A stretch of 64,000 nucleotides of DNA from Octopus vulgaris (Eukaryota): assembly GCA_951406725.2 (NCBI GenBank), contig OX597834.1, positions 35,154,001 through 35,218,000 of the forward strand. The letters run 5' to 3'. The position numbers and the translations under genes were made by a program. Under the pieces are notes generated by a model. That model had not been told where the DNA came from. It was given only the letters and a program-made list of their open reading frames with translations, and did no database searches. Shown in pieces: positions 9,834 to 23,135 of the stretch (positions are counted from its first letter, which is position 1; every line of letters starts with the position of its first letter).

Positions 9834-9984
9834 AATTTTTTCCTTTTTTTAAATAATAATAATTATCATAAAATAAATTCAAATTCTTACTGACGGCAGT
9901 TATTTGTGAAGAAACGTTTCGTTTGCCTTTTAGTTCACAGCAGTTCCACGAAGTTACCCAACATTCCAATTCCAGCTCAAGTGA

Positions 9985-10135
9985 ATTGCCTTTTATTATA
10001 TTCGGGGGGAGGCGGCCAAATTTCGTGACAGGTGCCCATAATTAACTTCAAATTATCTCCCTTTTTCTTGCTACTGCCCAATGAGGTTAATCCACCTGTA
10101 ACACCTCATTAATTTAATTGAACCACCTGTGTGAT
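9985..10135 (-). promoter_or_regulatory. Candidate promoter of the OTU gene
   Basis: TATA-like TATAATAAAAGG on the minus strand (9989-10000), an adjacent GC-rich box, and three CAGGTG/CACCTG E-boxes (10029, 10093, 10124). Confidence 0.4.
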
Positions 10136-11708
10136 CTCGCTGCTCAGCACAGTCGCACCAAATTAGTTGAGGCACCGCCTACACCAACGACTAAACCGTT
10201 ACACTCCATATGACTTGTTAGAGATAGCAGCTAAATCTCCCTCAAACCACACTCCATCTTCTTAGAGGAGGCTACGTTGGATAATATTCACGAATTCCTT
10301 TGCACATAAGGAAAAAGCGACATCAAGATTGACTTGGAGCAAAGAATTACGACAGCTTCAGTTAGTCTTGAACGTGAATCGCCCTGGAGAAGGGTAAACC
10401 CAATAGATTAGACTAAAATCTAAACAGTGGACATGTTTGAAAAATACTTTCGTTACAATATTTACGTTTCTCCAAATTTTCATTTATTGAAATTTTTTCG
10501 TTCTTTATTTTAGACATCACATCATTGTGACCATAAATGTTATTATTTAAGCGTGTCGTCATAAATATTATTATTCAAGCACATTTTATTTTTATATTCT
10601 TCCTTTTTCTCTCAATAAATCGTGTCTTCAAAGTTAATGCTGGATTTTAATATCAATTATGTGATAATATATCAAAGATTTTAAAATATGATTGAGTACT
10701 TCAAGAATCCAATAGAAATAACGATGAACATATCTGGAAGTGCCTCGGCAAATATCGGCTGGTCTGACGAAAGATCCATTCCAAACCATCTAGCGACACA
10801 CAAAGCTGTTAAATTCACTCTAAATTAAAATTCATTTCACGAAGGGTCAGAATTTCTGTCGCGCAACTACGACAGAAACTTTAACTCTTTACCTGTCTTG
10901 TGTATCGCATAGGATATACAGGACATATTTCTCTAATGTCCATGCATCGTATATGATGCACATTCCTATATATATATATTGCTCAGAACGTATGAAATCA
11001 AGGCTAACTAAAAGTCTAACAACAAGCATGGGCGCTCAGGACAAATGCTTTGGTCAGGAAAAGAGTTAGATTTAAAGAAAAGGTATCAGTTCTCCGTGTT
11101 ATTAGATGGTTAGAATGGCTTTTCCACGATATGGTGACGTTAGTCTCAGTACACGATCTTAAGATCTGGTGATTTGATACACTGTCACACTTTCTGAACT
11201 CAATCATTACAATAACAAAACGAACCGATGAGCTTATTTGCTCGGTCGTAATTGTAATTGGTGAATGTATTGGGTTTGTTTCTTTAAAAATATTTTCATT
11301 ATGCTATAAGAAAACAAAGAGCATTTTATCAAAATTTTCTTTTTTAAACAGCGACATTGCCGATTTTGACGTGATATAATTGGTGTTTTAATGCATGATA
11401 GGAACACCAGCGACATTACACGACTAACTCGCTAGCGTAGATTGTCATGGCCAATGTTTCCTCTAAATTGTGCACCTATGCGTGTGCGCACGCCTTTAAA
11501 CAAAGGAAAAGGGTGCGCCAAGTTTTCAAGAAGAAATCGAATTGCTTTCGTTTCTACTTACAAGCACAAGGCTTGAAATTTTATGGGAAGGTGATAATCG
11601 ATTACATCGATCCCAGTGTTCGACTGGTATTTTATCCCTGAAAGGATGAAAGACAAAGTGGACTTCGGTGGGATTTGAACTCAGAACGTAAAACTAGAAT
11701 AAATATCA

Positions 11709-11938
11709 ATTTCTTTACTACCCACAAGGGGCTAAACATAGAGGAGACAAACAAGGACAGAAAAAGGGATTAAGTCGATTATATCGACCCCAGTGCGTAA
11801 CTGGAACTTATTTAATCGACCCCTAAAGGATGAAAGGCAAAGTCGACCTCGGCGGAATTTGAACTCAGAACGTAGCGGCAGACGAAATACGGCTACGCAT
11901 TTCGCCCAGCGTGCTAACGATTCTGCCAGCTCGCCGCC
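11709..11938 (-). mobile_element. SINE family A (tRNA-like head, CCTTTCGGGGTCGATAAA-type core), near full length
   Basis: Head GGCGGCGAGCTGGCAGAATCG...GAGTTCAAATTCC with A/B boxes. Many related copies (~17030, 27005, 33710, 33950, 35760-36970, 47813, 49200-49710, 60900). Confidence 0.85.
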
Positions 11939-13414
11939 TTCGAATTCATTTTGATTGAAGAAATTCATTGAAAACAAAGTCTTAAATAATACACTATTAA
12001 AAATGGCGTGTCTTTATTTGTTAAGAAGATCAATATGGCATTTGAGCGATTGTTATTCGCATATTCTGGGGGAGGCATATTTTGCAAACAAGAAAACTTC
12101 CGAAATCATCGAAATTACTTCATATTCATGATAAATTTAATGAAAATGGTGGTGAAATAAAATTTGATGGAATCTTAATAATTCAAGCTCAAAAATAATC
12201 AAGTTCATTTTGTTGTTCAACTATTTTTTTTTTTTTTTTGCGACGTGGGGGTTAAATATATAACTGTAGACAGAAGATTTAAATGATGGCATGCCTAAAC
12301 AAAATTTAGCAATGCCATCATTAACTTTGTTTCTTCGTCACTTTATGAAAAATGAATATTTTTTAATTAGATTTTCTACAAATTCATTTCAGATGGTATA
12401 ATTACGATTATATCGGAATTTGTTATGAAAAGATTTTTCGGAGGTGTTGGGTTAGTCGAAGAGTTTCGGATAATTCACACGAGTTGACTTTGTTTCCTCA
12501 TTATTTTCAGAAATATGGGTATTTATTAAGGAACTTTTCTACAAATACCTTTCAGATGGTATGGATTACGATTATACTGGAATATAATTAGAAATAATAA
12601 TAATAATGATAATAATAATAATGATAAGTGGGCGCACACATACATGATACTTACAGAATGAAACTTGAATTTTTTTTTTTTAATGATGTAATTTACACTA
12701 TCTTTAATCTTTGACTTGTTTCATTTATTTGCCTGCGGCAATGCTGGGGCACCACCTTGAAAGTTTAGTCAAATAAATCAACTCCAGGCTTTATTATTAT
12801 TTTTTTCTTTTTGGTTAATGTTTAGCACCCGGCCACCAAAACAAAAGAAAAAGTGTAATAGGTGTAAAAAAAATCTGTATTGAACGAATATAAAACAAAT
12901 ATTTGCGCTAACGAACCGGGTGTGGGGAGAGGATGTTAGGAAAATTCACAAGATCCGATTTTTTCCCTCGTAATGTATGGAAAATGGATATCTTTTAATG
13001 AAATTTTATATAAATACCTTTATATACGATTATAAAGAAATTTGTGGGGGAAATATTTTCCGAGGGGTGGGGAGAGGACTTTCATAGGTATATTCTCTAA
13101 GCACATAAACGCATACATCACACACACACACATATGGAATAAGAAGTAAGAAGTGAAGGGTGGGAGCGCTGTGCGCAGGATGGGATGGGAATCTGAAAGA
13201 GCCTCTTGTTGGCTTTGGAGCAAGAGAGAAAAGCTGGAAGCCATGAGGAGCAGTGACTTGGCCTTCTCTGCTGACCCACTAATAGGAGGATGTTACGGTT
13301 CAGGGTCGAAACACCTGAAGATTGTTGGAAACTGTCTGATGACATCAGTTCCTCCTGGCCAATGCTCCTTATAGCACATCCTTATACGTGTTATTAACAT
13401 ATATATATATATAT

Positions 13415-13672
13415 CATCATCATCATCATCATCGTTTAACGTCCGCTTTCCATGCTGGCATGGGTTGGACGGTTTGACTGAGAACTGGCAAGCTAGGAGG
13501 CTGCGCCAGGCTCCAATCTGATCTGGCAAGGTTTCTACAGCTGTATACCCTTCCTAATGCCAGCCACTCTGAGAGGTAAGAACTTTTTATGCACCACCAG
13601 CATGGGAGCCAGTTCGGTGGGACTGGCATTGACCACGCTCGAATGGTGCTTTTTATGTGCCAGTCAGGCAGT
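13415..13672 (-). mobile_element. Non-autonomous retroposon with (GAT)n tail (family E, probably RTE-mobilised)
   Basis: (ATC)n GTTTAACGTCCGCTTTCCATGCTGGCATGGGTTGGAC motif recurs at ~1770, 14340, 19805, 22180, 27370, 38990, 39235, 46070, 53465 and 61525. Confidence 0.7.
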
Positions 13673-15504
13673 ACTGTGCATACCTGCAGAATTCACTCAA
13701 ATGGAAATTTTTTGTTATTTTTCTTTTTATGGATTTTTACTGGGGAAATGTTAAAATTTTAAATTCTGTAATAGTCATCTTCAAATGAAGACTTGATAGG
13801 TACTGTCAATGGAATGAGGTACCCAGGGAGCATGGTTCCAGGCACAAGTGTCTCATGCTATAGCATCAAGTCAACCCAAGGCATACAAATGATATTGTGT
13901 AGGCAGAAACCATACTTCCGTCAGATAGACTGTACCCACTTGCATAGCTAGAGTGTGTACTGCCTGGGGTGGCCGTTCCATTTGCTTCTCCCAGACCCCA
14001 CAAAAACACATATTGCCTACAGCAGACCCAATAGTGCTGCACGGGGCAGACAACACCTGCTGCCCCCAGCTATGCTAGTGATTGTACCTGATGCATATTG
14101 ACAGACTCAGTCAGTTACTTGGTTTAATAATCATCACCTGACCCTTGAGTGCCTTCTGTGGAATCCATTTTGCTGCCAGTACCCAAACTAGGTATTGGGC
14201 CTAAGAAAAACTTCCTTTCGTTCCATCAGTCTCAGAGGCCCCACATAGGGTTATGAATTCTACCTTTCTTCATCTGACACAAAAGAGACACGAAAATCAG
14301 AACCATCCACAAAAAAAATGGAAAAGACAACATTAGAAAGGGCATCCAGCTGCAAAAACCATGCCAAATCAGATTGGAGTCTGGTGCCAGCTCTGGTCAC
14401 ACCATCCAACCCATGGACAACGGACATTAAATGATGATGATGATGATATAACTTATGTATCTTGTCATCATCATTGAGGTTTTAATCTTGTAGAGTTTGT
14501 CTTTGTGAAATGTAGACTTTTTACCATTCCTCATTCTTGATACTCAGGCATTTTAATTTGCTAAACACAATGCAAGAATGAACGATTTTTTTTTTCTTGT
14601 CCCATTTTCCTTCCTTCTTTTCTTTATATAATGAGATTATTTTGCTGTTGTTTATTTTGGTTACCTCTCACAGCAGTAATGATGTAAGATTTTAGGTAAA
14701 CGGATATTTGTAGATAAATATAGGAATGTAAGAGATAGATAGGTGGGTAATAAGTAAATATACCAACAGATCCCTTCTGCATATTTGAAATGAGAGGAAA
14801 GAAAAAAACACAATTAAAAAAAAAAACACAAGTGTAATAGCAGAAGAATGAAAAAAATATAAAAAATATTCTTGGGTATAAAATTTCATTCCAAAGAATA
14901 TGAGAAATTACTTAAGCTGATGTGTGAGTAGGAGTGTAACGGATGTGCCATGTACCCGTAGATATCACTTTATCAAAGTAGGGTAGCCGTGTCATTTCTT
15001 TTAAACAATAATACTGTAAAATGAGACAAAATTATGTTTGTGAGTTTTATCTTATCTTATACATCAGATATATATATATACATAGGTGCAGACATGGCTG
15101 CGTGGTAAAAAACTTGTTTGCTAAACACTTGGTTCTGGGATCAGACCCACTGTGTGACACCTTGGGCAAATGTCTTCTGGTTGCTCCAAGGCCAACCAGA
15201 GCCTTGTGAGATGACTTGGTAGATGGAAACTGAAAGAAGCCCATCGTCTATAGGTGTGTGTGTCTTTGTGTTCGATTCTTTCCCACCATCACTTGGCATC
15301 TGGTGTTGGTGTGTTTACATCCCTGAAACTGATAGAATATGTACCAGGCTTAAAAAAAACACTAAGTACTAGAGTTGATTCATTTGACTAAAAATTCTTC
15401 AAGACAGCGCCCCAGCATGGCCGCAGTCCAGTGACTGAACCAAGTAAAAGATAACAGCTGTATTCTTTTATACATCCCAGCTCTTAGGCTGCAGCCATGC
15501 TGGA

Positions 15505-16090
15505 ATAGATATATATATATAAACTTTGGTTTTAGCTAGATTGACTCTAAGGCCCTTCAATTCTAAACCTTGCTTCCACACCTGAAACTTCTCTAGTTCT
15601 GATGGTGACTCAGTAATTAGAGCAAGGTCATCAGCATAGAGGAGCTCCCAGGAGCATCCTGTCTTGAATTTCTCCGTTATTGCCTGGAGGACTATGATAA
15701 ATAGGAGAGGGCTGAGGACTGAACCTTGGTAGACCCCTACCTCTACCCGGAATTCTTCACTGTACTTGTTGCCAACCGTCACCTTACTGACAGTGTCCCT
15801 GTACATGGCTTGCACAGCTCTCACTAATCATTCATCTATCCCTAGTTTCCTTACTGACCACCAGATAAGGGATCGGGGAACCCTGTCAGAGGCTTTCTCC
15901 ATGTCAACGAAAGCCAGATACAGAGGTTTATCTTTGGTTAGGTATTTCTCCTGCAGCTGTCTTACCAGAAATATAGCATCAGTGGTGCTTTTCCCTGGCA
16001 CGAACCCAAACTGCATCTCATCTAAACTGACTCTTTCCCTAATTAGTTGGGCTATGACCCTCTCCGTGACCTTCATTACCTGATCCAACA
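15505..16090 (-). mobile_element. RTE-clade LINE reverse transcriptase fragment
   Basis: QFGFVPGKSTTDAIF, LAFVDMEKA-DRVPR, GVYQGSVLSPLLF and LLYADDL motifs, with an in-frame stop and truncated ends. Confidence 0.92.
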
Positions 16091-17821
16091 ATATATATAT
16101 AAAACCCAAAGCCGTCACTCACACATAGGTATACCTTCATAGCAAATTATTTTACAGGTGCCTGAATAGTGAGGAACAAACACCAGTTCCCTCTCAACCT
16201 TCTCATACTTGATCTGATGGAAGTGGAACATCCCAGAATGTAGCAACTGGAAAGAGTGAGGTCAGTATACACACTAGACTAGCAGAACTCCTTTTTCATC
16301 AAAGCCATGACCTCACAAACACGAATCTAACACACTAACCACTACATCACATGCATTCTCTCCCTCACACACACTATTGAAGTATGTGATTATATTTTAT
16401 CTAGATTCATCTTATATATGATTTATTACATAAAGATGTGTGTTTTAACTTATCTTTATGTTTGTGTATATAAACATATGAAGATATCTACATACATGCA
16501 CACGAGTATTTATATCCTTGGCAACAGCAGCAGCTGTTTCCCGTGTCTGAGAATTACAATTTCCTCCTGATTGAGTAGTTCCTCTATATTGATGATGGCA
16601 TTGCTACACACACACACACACACACATGTTTAGTACATTAGTACTGACCACATGGCCTAATGGTAGGACATTGCGCTCACGGTTGCAAGGTCATGGTTTC
16701 AATTCCTGGACGGAATGGTGCTTCATGTTCTTGAGCAAGACACTTCACCTTGTGCTGCTCTGCAATCACTTCAGAATATGACATGTGGCACACTGTGCCC
16801 TTGTACAAGTAATTTCAACATGATGGAGGCAGTGAACTAATGTACAGCACAAACATTTGATCACTATAAACACATCATCTGTGGCTCTCTGATAGTACGC
16901 TGTATTCTGTATTATCTCAGTTTACCCTAACTGTCAATGGGTACCATCAGATCATCTGAGTGATATCACTTATGATAGACTGGTGTCACATCCAGGTGAG
17001 CATAATCTCTCATTGAATCCATAATATTGGTTTTATATTTTGGCATTAAGTCTGAAACTTCGAGCGAGGAGTTAAACCAATTACATCAAACCCAGTATTC
17101 AATTGGTGCTTATTTCATCGATCCCTTGAGGATGAAAGGCAAAGGTGACCTTGGCGGAATTGGAATTCAGAACACTAAAACGGACAAAATGCCACTAAGC
17201 ATTTTGCCAGGTGTACTAATGGTTCTACCTGCTCGTCACCTTAAAAAATTGGCTTGCAGGCTGCTACAGAGAATCAAACCCTGTACCTCTCAAACTCTGG
17301 TTAAGAACTCTGTACCTTTGCAGTAAGTGACACATGATATTGAAACCAAGGATCAACAATATAGAGGCCTTCAGAGACATTTAGATTTGAACCTTGATCA
17401 CAGTACAGTGCCACTGTTGGGATATCAACTAATAACCTCCCATCCTTACCCTATCCTTATTCCCCTGATCAATCATGATTGCCCAAGTTCTAGAAATTAC
17501 TGGAATTTCAGAGGGAAACTCCCAAAAAATCAATTGTGTTTGCTGCCTTAATAATGAGGTTTAAATCAATAACTCCCTGGATTACCCTAAGCTAAACCTA
17601 CACTGTTAGAAAGGGAGAGAGAGAGAGAGGGAATCAGGATACAGTGGTCTTGGGTGGGATTGTCAATATGTTTATTAACATACGAGAGGAAATGGATTTA
17701 ATATGGCTGCTAATCTCTAAGTCATATCAATGGAACCTTAATCCATTCTTTGAAATACAATGGTAGAGAGTTTCTCATGAAATTAACAGGTTTCTTGTGT
17801 GTGTGTATATATGTATTTATG

Positions 17822-17912
<91 letters not shown>

Positions 17913-18497
17913 GTATATATATTGATATATGTGTGTGTGTACATATATATATATATTATATATAATATAATATATATATATATATGTTATATAATGTATA
18001 TATATATACACTATAAGCAGGTATTTGTGTATCTATATATAAGTATTTATGTATAATTATGCATTTTATACGTGTGTAGTGTCATTAATCTTCAGATCTT
18101 TGACTGTTTCTCTTTCAGTCTCTTGATCTCACTCACACCCTTACTCCCTCTCTCTCTTTCTCTTTCTCCTCTTTCTTTTTCTCTTTCCCCCTCTCTCTAT
18201 TTTCAACTTACTCCTTCTTCTGATCAACTCCATGAACTGTTTTTTTTCTTTGTTTCTCCCCCCCCCCTTCACTTCTATCATTTAAAAAATCTTTCTGAAA
18301 TCACTTCTTTACTCTCTCTCTCTCCCCTTTTCCCATTCTCTCTCTCTCTCTCTTTCTGTCTCTTCCTCCCACCTCATCCTCTGCCTGCTCTCCATCTCTT
18401 CCCCTTCCTATTTTTCACCTGTTTTTTTCCCCTCTTTCCTCCACCTGTTTCTCTATTACTCATCTCACCTCCTCTTCAGTCACATCTCTTGCTCTTT

Positions 18498-18529
<32 letters not shown>

Positions 18530-18872
18530 TCACCCCATCCTTTTTCCTTTATCAGTTTCATGTCCATTCACCATACATAGTCAATATTTTCAACTCTCCT
18601 CTGCTTCATTATCGATACTTTGCTGCAAGCCAGCCCTGATCTGGCAAATCTACGATCAAAGACATTCCAGCTGTGACCAATACCATCTCATTTTCAGCCT
18701 CATCACATAGTGTGTCACATATATGCACACAAGCATGACTGTGGTTCAGTTGCTTACTTCTCACACACACATGTATGTTGTGTGAGTGTGTGTGTGTGTG
18801 CATGTGTGTGTGTGTGTGAGTTTGTGTATATAATGTTTCATACAAACTCACACATACACACATTTGTATGAA

Positions 18873-18918
<46 letters not shown>

Positions 18919-19459
18919 CCATATGTTATATAGATACTCATATATATATATATATATGTTTGTGTGAATGTGTGTATATGTGTATAATAGTATAGGTGTA
19001 TATAAGCAGATTGATAATAAATTACTTTTGCAACGATGTCAAGAAATAGGATGACAACAAAACAAAATATGAATGTGTGTGTGCGTGTGTGTGTGTGCGT
19101 GCGTGTGTGTGTGTGTGCGTGTTAGCGTCTGATTACGTTTGCACTCTAAGAAAGTGATTCACTCAGAATCTTGGAAGATATGAGAAATACAAGATCTCAA
19201 ATTCGAAAAACAGATAAAAGTTAGTGACAGGAAGAGTTCTCAGCTGTAAAACAACGCCTCAATAATATACGCATCTAACTCATGCCAACATGGAAACACA
19301 GAAGTAAAACAAATGATTGAATATATATATATAGACTTCGGACTAAGTCTGATGAGATGTTCATGAAGCTATAGCCTTCGTGGATGCAAAACCATCAATC
19401 ACTCTATGGCCAGACATTAACTTTATTACTTTAATACTTTACAGCTCTATGCTTTAGAG

Positions 19460-19727
19460 TAGGGGTTCTCAACCATTTTTTTCCTATGAACCCCTTTGAT
19501 TCCTATTTTATTTCTGTGAACCCTCATTGCCATTAAAAAAAAATCCAATTGTATTTTTATAATTAAATATTATTTGGATTTGTATAAAAATATTTTGTGT
19601 ATAGTTTGTTTCCTATAAATTTTACTGATCGGAAGCACAAGTTTTTCATGGCCCTTAAAAAATTTCTGTGGACTCCCAATTTACTAAATTGCATCCGTGG
19701 ATCCTCCAAAATTTTATATGGTCCCTG
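19460..19727. mobile_element. hAT (Charlie-like) MITE
   Basis: TAGGGGTTCTCAACC start and CCCTG end; flanking 8-bp near-duplication CTTTAGAG/CTTTAGAA. Confidence 0.65.
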
Positions 19728-20013
19728 CTTTAGAATCTGCTTCTTTTTTGAATATATGATACATTGATGATATATATATATATATATATATATTCTTGGT
19801 ATAATATCTGCCTTCCATGCTAGTATGGATGGGATGCTTTCGCAAGAGCTGGCCAGGCCAAAGCTTGCATCAGACTTCTGTGGCTGTTTTGGCAGGATTT
19901 TTACAGCTGGATGCCCTTCCTAGTACCAACCACTCAGCAGAATGGATTTAGTGGTGCTTTTCATGGCACAAGCACAGGCGAGGTTAATTGTGCTTTTTAT
20001 GTGGCACAAGTGC

Positions 20014-20050
<37 letters not shown>

Positions 20051-20833
20051 GATAAAGAAAGTTATGGCTGGTCTATGGAGTTATTCAGGGTTTTGTATCC
20101 ACAAGGAATCTGGGAAAGAGTTAGAAAGGTAGACTGAAAAAAAGAGATTGTTGGAGATGTATTGAGTTCTACCATCAGGGAAAAGTGGTGGGGGAAGTAC
20201 AAGTAGTCCTGAGTGTGTCTGTGTGTCCCTTTGTTTGTTTATATTTGCATCTCTCCAAAAATCACTGAGCACCAATCTGTGACCTTGTAATTTCCCCTGT
20301 CACCAAACTGTTCACTAGTTTTATAACTCCAAAGACACGAAGAATAAAAGATGTAAGACTTATGGACAGGAAGGACATCTTGCAGTAAATCAATACTTCA
20401 GTAATATATTCATCTAACCCATGCTGGCAGAAAATAACAGATGAAGAACTCATGCATATACACACATCCATATATATATACACATACACACAACCATATA
20501 TGTGTATACACACATATACATACACGTGTTTGTGTATCTAAATTAAATCTTCAAATTTAGTGACTGTTTACATCAATATACACACACATGGATATATATA
20601 TACACACTCACACATATATGAATACATGCATACACACTCGTCTCTTGGAAATTTTTACAGTATCCTGATTGCTCAAAGCTGTTTACATCCGGCTTGGGAA
20701 AAAAAAAAACACGAGATCAATGCTGTTATGTAAGAGGTTTCTATAAATACATGCAATGGATAATGTCTATGCCATCAAACATATACACATATATGTGTGT
20801 GTGTGTGTATATATATGTATATATATATGTGTA

Positions 20834-21175
<342 letters not shown>

Positions 21176-22960
21176 AGAGAGCTGTGTGTGTGTGTGAATG
21201 TGTGGTGTTAATATATAGCAGATATAAAAGATAATAGCTTTATCAATGCATATATAAATGTTTAAATGTGTGCGTATATGTTCATATATTACACTTACAT
21301 AAATACTTACATATATATATTTATGCTCACACATACACACACATACATATATAATCACACATGCACATACACATTTATATTTACACATGTATGAATATTT
21401 ATTAATATACACAATAGGGATATAATGGCTGTTCCATCAGTGTTTATGTATATTTACATAATATCCATATTCATACATATACATGCATACACCCACACAT
21501 ATACACTGATACACATGCAATCATTTCATGTCCACTTTCCATGCTTGCATGGATTTGACAGCCATCACAACCTGGGGGAATTCTTATCTGAGAAAACTAC
21601 CCTCCTGGATGAGTTGGTGGACCATGTTTTAATCATAATTTTCAGTGGAATTATTTCTATGATTGGATGCCCTTCCCATCACCACCCACCTTACAGAGTG
21701 TTCTGGGTGCACTTTATCATATCACCTGCCTTAGAAAGGTTGTTGTGTCATCAACAAGACAGGATTTAAAAGTCCTTTTCACCCTACATTTTCCCCCACT
21801 TATTTGCTCACTATTCAACAGTGTGTTGAGCACATTTTGTTGCATTGAAGAGGGCAATGCAGAAATCAAAAACATGATCAGGTACTTGGCTTGTGAAGAG
21901 CTGACCTTTTGCATTACAGGTTACTGTATGGTTTAGAAGTTTACATTCCAACCACATAGTTTCAGGTTCAGTCCCACTGCATGGCACCTTGTCTTCTATT
22001 CTACTCCTGGGCTGATCAAAGCTTTGTGAGTGGAAGGCTGACCAAGATATATGGCACATCACTGTACTAAAGAAGACCCATTCACCACAATAGAACTGAG
22101 ATCTTAAAACCAAGGTGCCATGAAAAAGTATTGGTGTGGGTACTGCTGCCACATAAAAAGTACTGGTGATGGTGCCATGTAAAAAGCACCCAGTACACTC
22201 TGAAGTGGAGTGGTTGGTGTTAGGAAGGGCATCCAAGCTAAAACAGACTGTGGAACCTGATGCAGCCCTTGGCCTTGCCAGTCCCTGCAAAGCTGTCTAA
22301 CCCATGCTAACATGGAAAACGGATGTTAAATGCTGATGGTGTGTGTGTGATTGTTTCCTTGCTCTGACATCATGTGATAGTGGAAAATTAGTATAATTAT
22401 CATACAAGCAGTGTCATTTGTTTCCAATATTCCACAAAGACATGTCTGGCCACAGGGAAAAACTCGCTTATTTGGTGACAGGAAGGAATGGTACCCAGCC
22501 ATTACAAAAAAATCTGTCTTAACAAGTTTCCTCTGACTGATGAGAGCATAGAAAAGTAGACTTTAAAACGATGATGATGGTGATGAAAATGATGAATCAG
22601 CTCATTCAGAGATTGTCTCTTATGTTGTTCTATAGATTATTGATCTCTATTTTGTACCAGACAATTAGAAATTCCACTTCTAACTTCCAAATTTAACAAC
22701 AAAACAGATATTGAAAACAACAGACATCAATATCTGAGTCATCCTCTGCTATTTTAGACTACATCTTGACTATTTACCATGTATGGGAAGATTTAATTGC
22801 ACTAAACCTCGAAAATGCAGACTGCGACTAAATATTCCCTCCAGTGTATCATACAATCATTTTACTCATTATTCATATAAATGCTGGAATTAATCACAAA
22901 TCAATGAGCCAAGAACTCCGTAAGAATTCCAATTCATTCACACTCCTTCCCCCTCCTGAC

Positions 22961-23135
22961 CCATGTACCCATACCCTGCCTACTTCCTTTCAGGGTTTCT
23001 TCCACCATGTACCCATAACCTGCCTACTTCCTTTGAGGGTTTGCTCTGCCATGTACCTATAACCTGCCTAGTTCCTTTGAGGGTTTGCTCTATAAAGTGC
23101 CCATACCCTGCCTAGCTGCTTTGAGGATGTGTCCA
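22961..23135. repeat. 44-bp minisatellite, ~4 copies
   Basis: Unit CCATGTACCCATAACCTGCCTACTTCCTTTGAGGGTTTGCTCTG starts at 22961, 23005, 23049 and ~23093. Confidence 0.9.

Noticed and set aside
10755-10795. Hammerhead-like CTGACGA...CAAAC
   Set aside because: The GAAA core is mutated and stem II is weak; at best a dead Penelope remnant.
19339-19378. Hammerhead-like CTGATGAG-ATGTTCAT-GAAGC
   Set aside because: Lacks GAAA and has only a marginal stem II.
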